Below, piece after piece: positions 59,001 through 64,000 of a DNA stretch of 64,000 bases. A program made the translations under genes and the position numbers. The stretch covers positions 2,272,001-2,336,000 of the forward strand of contig CATQHZ020000001.1 in the NCBI GenBank assembly GCA_958296135.2, given 5' to 3'. The notes under the pieces were generated by a model. The model did not search any database. It had not been told where the DNA came from and was given only the letters and a program-made list of their open reading frames with translations. Source of the DNA: an uncultured Poribacteria bacterium. GTDB lineage: Bacteria > Poribacteria > WGA-4E > WGA-3G. Every line of letters begins with the position of its first letter. Within the stretch, counting starts at the first letter, position 1.

Positions 59001-59579
59001 CCAGTCGTGATACGTAGAACTCACTATCTCAAAGGTGATGTTCGATCCATCTCCTGTCGGATTTAGTGGGTCGTAGAGATGGCCCCCAACGCCCGTGGTC
59101 AGCTGCATCACGAATACATTATCTTCGTGGACTGTGGCAGTGGTTGGCGTGGTGTTCCGGAAAACTGGGGCCGGTGAAACACCTGATTGATACCATCCCG
59201 TCGCTCCTTGCGCGAAAGCGTTGTGCGGCAATGCAAGTAGTGTGCAGGCGAGCGCGAACGCGAATAGCCACGCGAGCGGTGCGCAGCGGCGAGAACGGGG
59301 CTTTTTCCGAGGCCAGCGTGTGCCTATTTCAACGGCTCGTCGTGCTTGGGCATCGGAGGTTAACAGCCGTATAGTAAGGGGGGGGTGATTCCCCGATCGG
59401 TGTAATGCATAGTTATCTGAACGCGAGAACACGAGTGGCTCGCACACGTCGTTTTGTGTGTGCAAGCTTTGCTGCGGGTTGAGAGCATTGGTGCAGCGCG
59501 CGTTTTCAGCGGCGTTGCTGAGGTAATCAGAGTTCTTCACGTTTGCCTCCGTATTGATTAATTCCACTTTTGCGTCCAT
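41058..59579 (-). CDS. Giant secreted adhesin-like protein: alternating cadherin-like and fibronectin III repeats, lamin-tail domains, dockerin-like pair and FlgD/T9SS-like C-terminus
   Basis: About 25 PDYEN-type cadherin motifs and about 22 FN3 units counted by eye; DVNGDG twice; ETALLPNYPNPFNPETWIPY..WDGRN..VASGVYFY. True start is probably downstream, near the signal-like LAWLFAFALACTLLALPHNAFA. Confidence 0.9.
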   Translation of the reverse strand: MDAKVELINTEANVKNSDYLSNAAENARCTNALNPQQSLHTQNDVCEPLVFSRSDNYALHRSGNHPPLTIRLLTSDAQARRAVEIGTRWPRKKPRSRRCAPLAWLFAFALACTLLALPHNAFAQGATGWYQSGVSPAPVFRNTTPTTATVHEDNVFVMQLTTGVGGHLYDPLNPTGDGSNITFEIVSSTYHDWYSNVRTGQWGDNSHFKVLNTSTSVHGRGAILFKTPPDYENPTDRRLIYRAYESLTNPWLPTLGRPQGPRRLRSHDRDNQYWLGIRATITDAQGATHPSYLSIPVNVIKDVDRQPPVFRNTVPIAVWVRENQTRVTEFRMSGSNADIYDLANPAGHGNGRTIILGITRTWGDGPKFSILNSPSGAHSRGTLLFLTAPDYENPTDTRIVGTGSELISAATDNVYLLQITATVTDRDGNLHTSTHEMGVTVTNDFDSAPQKPINLRQTAVGSGAGESGRTVTFKWNQPLLSTQEDAPSYYKAVVREVSHTGVIDSPAQSHSYIVSRRDRNFWLYNRSSAPELTARIVLPRRGIFMLELTPWNKEEGTVSDRILLVTNGPGVSPVFSVSSFSNPENSTPSLNVTATDADPEDKVVGYALSTTFGDAARFQINTTSGALSFRQQPNYEDPLDILVPSTSVAADNAYLVKVTATSRVPLSIPGFPGVPLFGVRQANTEAELTITVTDVAETPGTPAAPAVVVLAQVDTNARNRLGVSWRAPTNTGPAINDYDVQYRDTAVLPFAGVGTDVTFTGAGTSLVFTRPNGNPNYQFRVKAKSPEGDSPWSNWGSVTINTPPVFSSAATATVAEHTTTSFLTLTATDADATDTQFRYTITGGVDAAQFTLNSTTGALSFTMGPDYENAADLLSTQPANAASNNVYLVKVTVTSGQAPRLATVSQMITVTVTDATEPPGTPAAPTVTLGSVNSALALNVTWTAPSTTGPAIDDYDVRSRVKVASGTPNAWSDAGHTGTATSRTLTGVLNNNDYEVQVRAHNAEGWSPWSASGEENISVNTAPRFTSGTSFTIPENSSRTYKIGTITAVDDDPLDGYVTYSIGSLSGSRPVIDGGADKTRFKMFSNGQVFWQHLVDLNVPPPDFENPIDAASTTGQPTATAGDNIYSIVIVAESRGIASGLTWAERYARRKSTAQTITITVTDVDEPPGAVSSLALVPHSTLGTSLVLSWDAPITTGKPPITGYDVQYRKHGTTDAWGDAGHTGTGATLTLNNLAKSIRYEAQVRAKNHEGTGPWASTTGEANAPPAFTPTSFTVAENQYSVGTFTATDSDSQDTYFDYALQGADRLKFLIDGQGRLETRTTRGWNYENPASTAGTNTYTLTVVVSSSNGPNHAIYTERLRSTSQTVTVTVTDVAEPPNKPRQPTVSAVAASNSKLDVSWRAPYNLGPAIKYYNLRYRKGTTGSFTELNANILAGTTTRQLTGLLANSSYEVQVRAVNGEGIGPWSDSGTGRTNASGAGPLAAVNNVPRFTSTASFSIVENTTAVGTVTAVDADALDNVTGYTLSGADASKFQITTGGALTFKTAPDYETPGSTDSENLYVVTVTASSGTGDRVRTASQVVSVTVTDVPPSAPPAPPTVVPASGTSLAVTWLAPSTTAGYPVTDYDVEYSGNDGTWIDVPHTGTSRSTTISSLSANINYAVQVRATSSEGTSIWSAYSSGVTNVPPAVTVESLYTVVENSPPTTTIATFTGTDLDRLDGTPTLELDGGDERRFSLAPSGALTFTAAPNFERPTDVLNSSPADPADHSARRDNDYSLRLKVTSGTGARLQSAYSPWFIVRVTNVPPPEKPAAPSVTAATASPTQLTVTWTAPSTTSGYPITDYDVQYRSGTSGSYTRATHIGTSRTKVLANLGGGTSYQARVRARNSEGVSSWSDATTQSTAANAAPTFSTTAFSVNEGVSAVGTVVATDADAGDTVTSYEISGGADSAKFSIVETGTDAGKLTFVSLPDYENPADVAHSLPAPADGAANNVYIVYISATSGTGEREDNTWQRIAVTVTDVNERPVLAPITLSAVPENTTAVVTVSATDPDKTSSNAARDAITYSLSGVDSGQFDITSPGGVLTFRTAPDYENPGDVVSTSPTNAATDNEYVVVVTATSAAGTARALSAQARTLIVEVSDANEPPSAPPAVSVTPVTGYSDKLDVAWTAPSNTGKPAIAHYHVRYGVDGTSVSFTEKTGTADELAADATLTTRLTGLSASTKYAVQVRADNAEGEGTWSTSGKGTTNADSVLKPPFRTVTSDYSVAENTTAVTTVEATDTTGATVTYSIPDTDAEGGVDRAKFSITASGGVLTFAAAPDYENPTDVESTTPANAAGNNEYIVTVKATARNRGSSTRTLTVTVTDVTEKPGKPTAPTVTAASATPAQLSVAWAEPTNTGPAITDYDVHYRTGAPVGTWQDASVTGTTRTTTLTGLTQGTAYEVRVRATSNEGTGPWSDEGDGTTAVNVAPSFSTTTFSLAENTTAVGTVSATDSDAGDSVTRYQISGGADSSKFTITETGTNIGKLVFAAAPDFEATASAAGSNVYKVQITVTSGAGARVAETARLFTISVTDATEPPIAPAAPTVSGVSATPTSLGVSWSAPLNTGKPAISGYKLQYRQGNTGNFTLAAGTVTGTSTTLRGLTKGTAYQVRVRARNAEGDSPWSAAGSGSTAVNAVPSFSTTTFSIAENETAVGTVSATDSDASDSITRYQISGGADSSKFTITETGTNKGKLAFRAAPDFEATASAAGNNTYKVALTATSGTGARVLTGTAQTFTITVTDATEPPIAPAAPTVSGVSATPTSLGVSWSAPLNTGKPAISGYKLRYRQGNTGNFAPVTGTFTGTSTTLTGLTKATAYQVQVRARNAEGDSPWSAAGSGSTAVNAVPSFSTTTFSLAENETAVGTVSATDSDTGDSITRYRISGGADSSKFTITETGANKGKLVFAAAPDFEATASSAGSNVYKVQITVTSGAGARVAETARLFTITVTDASEPPIAPAAPTVSGVSATPTSLGVSWSAPLNTGKPAISGYKLQYRQGSTGTFTLAAGTVTGTSTTLRGLTKGTAYQVRVRARNAEGDSPWSATGSGSTAVNAVPSFSTTTFSIVENATAVGTVSATDSDASDSITRYRISGGADNLKFSITETGANIGKLAFRAAPDYEATASAAGNNTYKVEVTATSGTGARAAQKAQVLTVTVTNATEKPLVPTGLKITATALTTLTAGWSAPNNAGRPALSGYDVQYRQGNSGGWTAAAHTGVGTSVMLSSLTQNTGYQVRVLAKNADGLSAWTPAVTGTTAADNAPSFTSSTSFSLNENTTAVGTVVATDADAGDSITGYQVTGGADSAKFSVTNTGALSFKAAPDYENPADAAHTTPAPADAARNNVYIVEVSATGGADLRRLSTAQRIAVTVADVNEPPSAPTVTGVTAVTGYSDKLDVTWTAPSNTGKPAIAHYHVRYGVDGTPVSFTGTVDEIAASSLTTRLTGLSASTAYVVQVRADNDEGDGAWSGSSTGRTNADSVLRPQFDGTDTYSVAENTTAVTTVTARDATNADVTYSIPTTDAEGGVDRAKFSITTGGVLTFATAPNYENPTDVVSTTPANAAGNNEYIVKVKATARNRGSSTRTLTVTVTDVNEGPVLSPITLSAVPENTTAVATVSATDPDKTSSNAARDAITYSLSGVDSGQFDITSPGGVLTFRTAPDYENPGDVVSTSPTNAATDNEYVVVVTATSAAGTARALSAQARTLIVEVSDANEPPSAPPAVSVTAVTGYSDKLDVTWTAPSNTGKPAIAHYHVRYGVDGTPVSFTGTVDELAADATLTTRLTGLSPSTAYAVQVRADNDEGDGAWSGSGTGTTNDASALLPRFGETDATYSVAENETAVTTVTARDATNADVTFSIPGTDAEGGVDRAKFSITASGGVLTFAAAPDYENPTDVESTTPANAAGNNEYIVKVKATASGRGNSTRTLTVTVTDVTEKPGKPDAPTVTAVSAKPTELSVTWTAPTNTGPAITDYDVHYRTKGPPAGEWQDASFTGATRTTTLTGLTQGTAYEVRVSATSTEGTGPWSDEGDGTTAVNVAPSFSTTTFSVAENTTAVSTVSATDSDAGDSVTRYRISGGADSSKFTITETGTNIGKLVFAAAPDFEATASAAGTNVYKVQITVTSGAGARVAETARLFTITVTDADEPPSAPGQPMVTAVTGYVDRLKVTWTAPPSDPSKPAIDDYDVQYRKSSTNPVVWQSWTHTGTGTSTTLTGLSPSTEYTVQVRANNAEGESTWSGSGTGTTNDASALLPRFGETDTTYSVAENTTAVTTVTARDATNADVTFSIPGTDAEGGVDRAKFSITTGGVLTFAAAPNYENPTDVESTTPANAAGNNEYIVKVKATASGRGSSTRTLTVTVTDVTEKPGKPDAPTVSGVSATPTQLSVTWTAPTNTGPAISGYKLQYRQGSTGNFTLAAGTVTGTSTTLRGLTKGTAYQVQVRASNAEGTGPWSDSGSGSTATNADVVFASTGTGTGSVDENSAITTNILTLNATDADAGDSISYAVSGGVDAGAFTIAGTNKLRFTTSPNHESPTDVQSTSPANAAANNEYIVVVKATSGSGERESTAKQTLTISVNDVDEPPDAPTAPSVSGATLTTLKVTWTAPSNSGKPAIDDYDVQYGKSGTTPIAWQAQTHTGTSTTTTLTGLDTGTTYQVQVRARNDEGDSPWSASGTGMTAVNNGPAFTTSTRQTIVENDTAIVTLAATDTDPSDAIIGYEIVGGVDEALFELDTSNQLLFKNAPNYEAPGDAASTEPTNAANNNEYLVVVKVTSGENVRALSTRQTFTITVTDEDGEAPGKPDAPTVSESTLTTLKVAWTAPANKGPAISDYDVQYRTGTGSFTDANYAGTGTSTTLTGLATGTTYQVQVRAKNAEGTSPWSASGEGTTINNNGPDFSSIQEEQLVPENKRAVVPLVATDPDPSDTTVTYAVSGGTDRNLFEIESSTNVLRFKTAPDYENPADEGRDNEYIVEVMATSGANERALSKSMELSVEVSDVGPPGQPAMPTVSPVAGSGTRLSVTWTAPVELGPAITDYDVQYREGDTGSYRDAGHNGIDTSLTLTGLKVNTEYQAQVRAKNIEGYGFWSPLGKGTTNLIADPSEDANAPPRFISKAQPSVRENTMQVVTLVAVDDDEGDKIMGYQISGGVDAAVFTLKNGNELRFKKAPDYENPGDAESSEPANAARNNESVIEVMATSGTGERAKTVKQMLTVSITDVSGPERPAKPKVSSVAGSTTKLRVKWRAPESAGLPVSDYDVQYRATGASSWTNAKYDGTGTSTDLTGLKAKETYHVQVRARNAEGKSPWSPNGTGSPSSSPVSDEPPDTDEDEDEDGELPPDGAPAVPAIIAHKTVIINEIGNRSDDTYDWLELFNLSYEDINLKDWSISIVDKAVVHDIARDALESGDGSAHDRQFVHFETDITIPARGYLLLMQTDPMRDGHPLAGGIAPAIPIDKLLPGQTAVTVGRPSSQCYVDAGLALPDGDFLLILRDSATAEGTAENLRDIAGNYYKAAMIEAEPTLMWPLVLDVQDYSNFNFHSEEVWARANTQIDGFCENAFVQAPYTGIGYDRAVAPTDAGGKHSGTPGYANDALKTTAAALENPTSVSISEVMFAPGTVARGAVPRDAAAGALPQWIEVFNSSESEAVSLENWRLEIRNDAAKNVDARRNATLVFTKGLIIAPRQTVLLVSSAARPIKPRAVGRGLVSSEPWPMSGHLPETSVYSLYDEAAAPLGMASRADKVLSATGFSLTLKDREEQVVDVVGNFDSTQRKNAWALPPVQTRAGARVSLLRRYIDGAALDGQKSKAWLAADETHLAAQRDGEGLFYGAPSDLGTPGYRGSMLSRFEITATGAGVVLTWETTAEAATTAGFNVLRCETRDGVFGSCNDTLIPGAGTTSQPQTYTFTDAKVDAGVPYWYRLTEASFDGVEQTLATLQLSFEAADVNGDGEVNIKDLVFAAGGNGQPVQRAKKQNPDVNGDGVVNPQDVQAVLGALEAKAGAAPVHPTLTASRLQPWIDKAKQLNLPDATFQRGIRELERLAAALAIPKETALLPNYPNPFNPETWIPYDLAEAASVSLTFYDVRGRVVRTLSLGHRPAGGFRTKARAAYWDGRNEQGERVASGVYFYTFTAGDFTATGKLVVRK

Positions 59580-59771
59580 TTTAACACATTTCGCGCGTTT
59601 TCTTCAAGAAAATCGCGCATTCGGCATTGATTAATTCCACCTTTGCGTCCATTTTAACACATTTCGCGCGTTTTCTTCAAGAAAATCGCGCATTCGGCAT
59701 TGATTAATTCCACCTTTGCGTCCATTTTAGCACATTTCGCGCGTTTTCTTCAAGAAAATCGCGCATTCGGC
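59553..59771 (-). repeat. 3 x 73-bp tandem repeat, each unit carrying a promoter-like TTGAAG-18 bp-TAAAAT
   Basis: Units start at 59553, 59626 and 59699 and differ by 1-2 substitutions. Confidence 0.9.
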
Positions 59772-59795
59772 GCGTTTTTTGCGGCAATTGTTTAT

Positions 59796-59824
59796 ATTGT
59801 GCCATATTTAACGTTTTTTGTCAA
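59796..59824 (-). promoter_or_regulatory. Additional putative promoter toward the giant gene
   Basis: TTGACA-17 bp-CACAAT with extended TG. Confidence 0.45.
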
Positions 59825-60023
59825 GAAAAAGTTTAAAAAAAATGATAAAAAATAAAATCGCTCGCGAATCGGCAGGCTCGACCGCCCAGAAAACGGCACT
59901 ACCGCTACCAAAACTATCGCGGGGGACAGGCCCCCGCACTACGGCGAAGGGAAGCTATCGCGGCGGACAGGCCTCCGCGCTACGGGGAAATACGGGGGTT
60001 GGTCGCCGGCGCGGGCGGCTGTA

Positions 60024-60605
60024 TCACTCCCCGTGAACGGAACTGGGCTGGTTTGGTGCATCTCTTTCCGGGATGATTTGTGCTTTGAGGCGTTCATTCT
60101 CGGCGCGCAACGCCGCATTCTCCTCCCGCTGCGCCGTTAACTCCTCGGAACGCCGCATCCATTCATCAACGATGATGTCGGTGCGTTCTAACAACCGCCC
60201 CATCGTGCGCTGCATTGTATACAACTGATACGAGAGAAACCCAAGCGCACCGGCAGACAACCCTATCCACCAATACAGCGTCCTCCGCGATGTCTTCACT
60301 TCCTCTTTCACCGCGTGCATCTCGGTTGTCATTGTCTTCTCCAAGGCCTCGATTTTGGTAGCCGTTGTTTCCCGCAAGGCCTCGATTTTGGTAGCCGTTG
60401 TTTCCCGCAAGGCCTTGATTTCGGCGGTGGTTGCTCTTTCCGCTGCCTCGAATCTGGCATCAACGTATGCCTTGAGCCGTGCCTCCGTTTTCGCATTGGA
60501 AGTCTCCACAATCTCGCGAATCTGTTCCAAATCCGCACCGGTGAGCGCGCCAAACGCCGGGGCTGTCAACAACACTGCTGCAAACAAACACATTATGATT
60601 CTCAT
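60024..60605 (-). CDS. Exported coiled-coil membrane protein, paralog A
   Basis: Signal peptide (APAFG), 11-aa repeat ETTATKIEALR, TM, shared C-terminus ENAALRAENE.LKAQIIPERDAP.QPSSVHGE. Confidence 0.75.
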   Translation of the reverse strand: MRIIMCLFAAVLLTAPAFGALTGADLEQIREIVETSNAKTEARLKAYVDARFEAAERATTAEIKALRETTATKIEALRETTATKIEALEKTMTTEMHAVKEEVKTSRRTLYWWIGLSAGALGFLSYQLYTMQRTMGRLLERTDIIVDEWMRRSEELTAQREENAALRAENERLKAQIIPERDAPNQPSSVHGE

Positions 60606-60896
60606 GTCTCAATATCTCCTTTCATTCCACGCAAGGTTTTAGCAACCCTTGTCAACCTCACTGAACTGAACCGGTGCCACATCGCTGAATCGCAGACGGG
60701 GATGCACAGCCCTCAGGACTGCGATGGCACCTTCCTCGTCTGGACAGGCGCACCGCTCTCGGTGACGCTGCGCGGTTCAAGGCGTGCGTTTTCTGCTCGT
60801 TGGCGCGGTTTCCAACCGCGCAATGCGCACGGCCTCATATTTCCAAAGCCCCGCAGTCTTACCAAAAACACCGCGAATGTCGCGCGCGGTATTTAT

Positions 60897-60925
60897 ATTT
60901 TGCCATACTTCCAGCGGATTGTCAA
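60897..60925 (-). promoter_or_regulatory. Putative promoter for paralog A
   Basis: TTGACA-17 bp-CAAAAT with extended TG. Confidence 0.5.
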
Positions 60926-60945
60926 GGAAATTATCAGTGAACGGC

Positions 60946-61170
60946 CGCGGGGAACAGTGGACATCTCTGCTTGGAAGGGCGTGACGGCCCCCGCGCCACG
61001 GGACAAGGAGGAAATCGGCGCGCGAACCTTAGGGCGAGGACCTGTCCCTCGCCGGGATAGACATCGCGCCGCGCACCGTAGGGCGAGGGCCTGTCCCTCG
61101 CCATGCATCGACCCGCCCAGAAAACGAAGAAACCGCGTCTCACCGTAGCGCGAGGGCCTGTCCCTCGCGG
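60946..61170. repeat. REP cluster, including a REP interrupted by a 29-bp mini-element (60957-60985)
   Basis: GTAGGGCGAGGGCCTGTCCCTCGCC and GTAGCGCGAGGGCCTGTCCCTCGCG copies. Confidence 0.75.
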
Positions 61171-61197
61171 AGCTTGACCGCACAGAAGGCGGCTGTA

Positions 61198-61833
61198 TCA
61201 CTCCCCGTGAACGGAACTGGGCTGGGCTGGTGCATCTCTTTCCGGGATGATTTGTGCTTTGAGGCTTTCGTTCTCGGCGCGCAAGGCCGCATTTTCCTCT
61301 TGCTGCGCCGCCACCTGTTCCTGCAACGCCGTAACTTTTTCGCGGTTCTTCTGCTGATCGCCCAACCACTTCGCGAACCCCCAACCGAGCAGGGCTAGCA
61401 GTGCTGTCACTAGCAACCCGGCAACCCAGGTCAGCGTATTGGCCTGCCGTGACACTTGCTCGCGCAGATCGGTTATCCGAGCACCCTGGCCGCGAACCTC
61501 GCCCTTCAGTTCACTGACCTCCAGTTTCAAGGCGAAGAGCTCCTTCTTCACGACAGCGAATTCCTCCTTCACAGCGGCGACTTCCTCTTTCACGGCGGCG
61601 ACTTCCACCTTCACGGCGGCGACTTCCACCTTCACGGCGGTGAATTCCACCTTCACAGCAGCGACTTCCTTCTTCACGGAGGCGAGTTCCTCTGTCACTT
61701 TGAGGAGTTCCGCGGTTATCCGCGCTTCGGACGCGGTGACGATTCGCTCGATCGCTTGCAGTTCTTCATCACCGAAAGCCGGCGATGCAACAAGCACCAC
61801 TACAAATACAAACAAACACACAACGGTGTTCAT
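61198..61833 (-). CDS. Exported coiled-coil membrane protein, paralog B
   Basis: Signal peptide (SPAFG), heptad repeat VKVEVAA, TM, same C-terminus as paralog A. Confidence 0.75.
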   Translation of the reverse strand: MNTVVCLFVFVVVLVASPAFGDEELQAIERIVTASEARITAELLKVTEELASVKKEVAAVKVEFTAVKVEVAAVKVEVAAVKEEVAAVKEEFAVVKKELFALKLEVSELKGEVRGQGARITDLREQVSRQANTLTWVAGLLVTALLALLGWGFAKWLGDQQKNREKVTALQEQVAAQQEENAALRAENESLKAQIIPERDAPAQPSSVHGE

Positions 61834-61936
61834 GTTTAATGTCTCCTTTCGTTGGGCGCGGTTTCCAACCGCGGAATGCGCACGGCCTCATATTTCCAAA
61901 GTCTCGAAGTTTTGCTTTTCTTGTGTTAACGATATT

Positions 61937-61965
61937 ATTTTACTATATGTGATGTATTTTGTCAA
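61937..61965 (-). promoter_or_regulatory. Putative promoter for paralog B
   Basis: TTGACA-17 bp-TAAAAT. Confidence 0.55.
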
Positions 61966-62074
61966 GGAGGAAATCGCCCTACGGTGGCCGATGCCAAATG
62001 GAAGAAGGAGGTTTTCTTTGGTGCTCATTGTTCATCCAAAAACTGAATAGCTCTGGCTTGTCCCCACAATTCTC

Positions 62075-62103
62075 TTGATTTTATTCTGGCAAATGGATAT
62101 AAT
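62075..62103 (+). promoter_or_regulatory. Putative sigma70 promoter
   Basis: TTGATT-17 bp-TATAAT; duplicated as TTGACT-17 bp-TACAAT at 63880-63908. Confidence 0.65.
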
Positions 62104-62140
62104 ACTTAAAGGAAAAATACCGCAACAAGGAGCCACCCTG

Positions 62141-63751
62141 ATGAGAACCTTTTGGACGCAAGGCCGCGTCTACCCAGAAAGACACTATGTCGTCTCCCGC
62201 GAGGCGGAACTGGCCGATTTCATTGCCCGCGTGAAACAGGGAAAATACATCGTCCTCTTCGCACCACGGCAGACAGGCAAAACTACCTTCTTTCGATGGG
62301 CTTTTCAGCGGCTGATAGCAGCCGCACCCGTCTATTTGCCCATCCAACTCGATTTCCAAGTGTTCCGCAACGCATCGCCTGCGGAGTTCTACCGCTATCT
62401 CTATCGGGACATTCACGCGGAAATCCGAAAGGTATTCCGCCGACGCGGACAGGCACTGCCCGATACCCTCGCGCACTTTCTGGACAATACCACCCTCACC
62501 GACCACTTTTCAATGCTAGAGTTCTTTGAAGCACTCGGAAGGTTGCTGCCAGAGCAACGGGTTGTCATCGTCATCGACGAATTTGACGGCATCCCTCCTG
62601 CTGTCCTGAGCGATTTTCTGTATACCCTCCGCCGCATCTACCTCACCGATGATGAAGAAACGCCCCGCTGTCCCCACAGCGTCGGCATCACCGGCGTGCG
62701 AAGTGTGTCGCAACTCAACTACGACTGGGCTGTCTCGCCGTTTAACATCCAAGACGATTTCAGCCTGCCCAACTTCACCTTGGCACAAGTGCAGGAACTA
62801 TTCGGACAGTATACCGCCGAAGTGGGGCAAGCGTTCGCACCCGAAGTGCTGGAAAGTCTCCACAAACAGACTGGGGGACAACCGTTCCTTGTCAACCGCC
62901 TCGCGCAGATACTCACCGAGGAACTGGACATTCCAACCGCCGAGACAATCGGCATGGAGCACTTTTTAACGGCGCACAAGGAAATCCGGAGCGAACGGAA
63001 CGTCAACGTGCTACACCTCACGACGAATGTCCGCAGAAATCCACGCTTTCAACGCGTCCTGATGCGAATTACGTCCGAGGATGACGGCATGGAATTCAAC
63101 CTCTATGATGATGTCATCAGCGAGCTCGCCACCTACGGTGTCATCAAAAAAAGCAGGGACGATAGATGCGAAATCGCCAATCCGATTTATCTCTTCTGCA
63201 TCTTGCAAACCTTCAAGCCGACGATTAACGGCCTGGAACAGGAATACTACCCACAGGACACCGGCAACGGCTATCACGACTATCTCACCCCTGCAGGCGG
63301 CATTGACATGGCAGCACTGCTAGATAACTTTCGAGACTTCATCGCACGCGCCGGATTTCGCATCCTGCAAGTACCACAGACACCCACAGAACACGTCGGA
63401 CAATACCTACTGTTTGCCTATCTCGACCAGTTCGTACGGCAAGCACACGGCACCATGCTCCTGGAAGTGCAAACCGGGCGCGGCCGAGCAGACCTGGTCA
63501 TCTTCCACCAAGGACAGAAGCATATCGTGGAAACAAAGATTTGGCAAGGCGAAAAATCGCATCAAGCCGGCAAGCAGCAGCTCGCCGCCTATCGCCAACT
63601 GGAAGGCGCACAGGCAGGATATTACGTCGTGTTCGATCATCGCCAAACACCGGTGCCGCGCATGGAAACCGAACACCTTGACGGCATGACGATTCGGAGC
63701 TATGTCATACCTGTCCTCCAAGAACAGCCATCGACACGGGGAACCGCTTAG
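62141..63751 (+). CDS. AAA-like (AAA_35/STAND-related) ATPase with a C-terminal PD-(D/E)XK-like nuclease domain
   Basis: Reads ATGAGAACCTTTTGG on the plus strand (the track's minus label is wrong). Walker A APRQTGKT, Walker B VIDEFD, SPFNI, TGGQPFLV; C-terminal EVQTGRGRADL..VETKIW..QL..Y. Confidence 0.85.
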   Translation: MRTFWTQGRVYPERHYVVSREAELADFIARVKQGKYIVLFAPRQTGKTTFFRWAFQRLIAAAPVYLPIQLDFQVFRNASPAEFYRYLYRDIHAEIRKVFRRRGQALPDTLAHFLDNTTLTDHFSMLEFFEALGRLLPEQRVVIVIDEFDGIPPAVLSDFLYTLRRIYLTDDEETPRCPHSVGITGVRSVSQLNYDWAVSPFNIQDDFSLPNFTLAQVQELFGQYTAEVGQAFAPEVLESLHKQTGGQPFLVNRLAQILTEELDIPTAETIGMEHFLTAHKEIRSERNVNVLHLTTNVRRNPRFQRVLMRITSEDDGMEFNLYDDVISELATYGVIKKSRDDRCEIANPIYLFCILQTFKPTINGLEQEYYPQDTGNGYHDYLTPAGGIDMAALLDNFRDFIARAGFRILQVPQTPTEHVGQYLLFAYLDQFVRQAHGTMLLEVQTGRGRADLVIFHQGQKHIVETKIWQGEKSHQAGKQQLAAYRQLEGAQAGYYVVFDHRQTPVPRMETEHLDGMTIRSYVIPVLQEQPSTRGTA

Positions 63752-63945
63752 AATCGGATTGCAGACAAACGCGGACGACTCAGGTGGGGATTCGCCCGAA
63801 CCGGACTGCGATGCAGCGAAGCCATCGCAAACTACCGAAAATAAGCACGAAACCGCTCTGGCTTGTCCCCACAATTCTCTTGACTTTATTCCGGCAAATG
63901 GATACAATATTTAAAGAAAAAATACCGCAACAAGGAGCCACCCTG

Positions 63946-64000
63946 ATGAGAACCTTTTGGACGCAAGGCCGCGTCTATCCTGAAAAACACTATGTCGTCT
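63946..64000 (+). CDS. Start of a tandem paralog of the AAA-nuclease gene (cut by the window end)
   Basis: MRTFWTQGRVYPEKHYV with the upstream promoter and RBS duplicated (63855-64000 resembles 62050-62195). Confidence 0.8.
   Translation, partial: MRTFWTQGRVYPEKHYVV

Noticed and set aside
59553-59771. Possible CRISPR array
   Set aside because: Head-to-tail 73-bp repeats with no unique spacers.
62075-63751. ORF-track call on the minus strand with a start at 62075
   Set aside because: The listed protein is encoded on the plus strand, and 62075 is the -35 box; the RBS-supported ATG is at 62141.
63752-63854. Possible structured RNA between the AAA paralogs
   Set aside because: Only short GC stems and no second copy; insufficient support.

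Overview
Bacterial genomic window with no rRNA, tRNA or CRISPR array seen. The gene content suggests Candidatus Poribacteria (inference): lamin-tail, cadherin and FN3 secreted proteins with dockerin-like and FlgD/T9SS-like C-termini, an archaeal-type phosphopantothenate synthetase, and dense GTAG-type REP repeats. Housekeeping genes include LolA, metH, DUF58, two Gfo/Idh/MocA oxidoreductases, PPS, a heterodimeric ABC exporter, gnd, a HAD hydrolase and a 2-hydroxyacid dehydrogenase. These alternate with conflict-type loci: an R-M fusion preceded by three tandem MNT-HEPN fusions; an expanded TerY-P-like operon (vWA, kinase-TPR-vWA, membrane PP2C, kinase-TPR-coiled coil-TM-CLec receptor) followed by an ABC-ATPase/nuclease pair; and a duplicated AAA-nuclease gene. 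An 18.5-kb cadherin/FN3 adhesin gene has a triplicated promoter. The most novel-looking signals are (1) a three-way-junction motif with covarying stems, present three times at 7070-7447 with one copy nested and inverted inside another; (2) the receptor-kinase TerY-P-like system with a possible DGR-type variable C-terminus; (3) a mini-element inserted at the same base of a REP loop in three places; and (4) REP palindromes translated in-frame inside housekeeping genes. All calls are by eye; no searches or folding programs were run.
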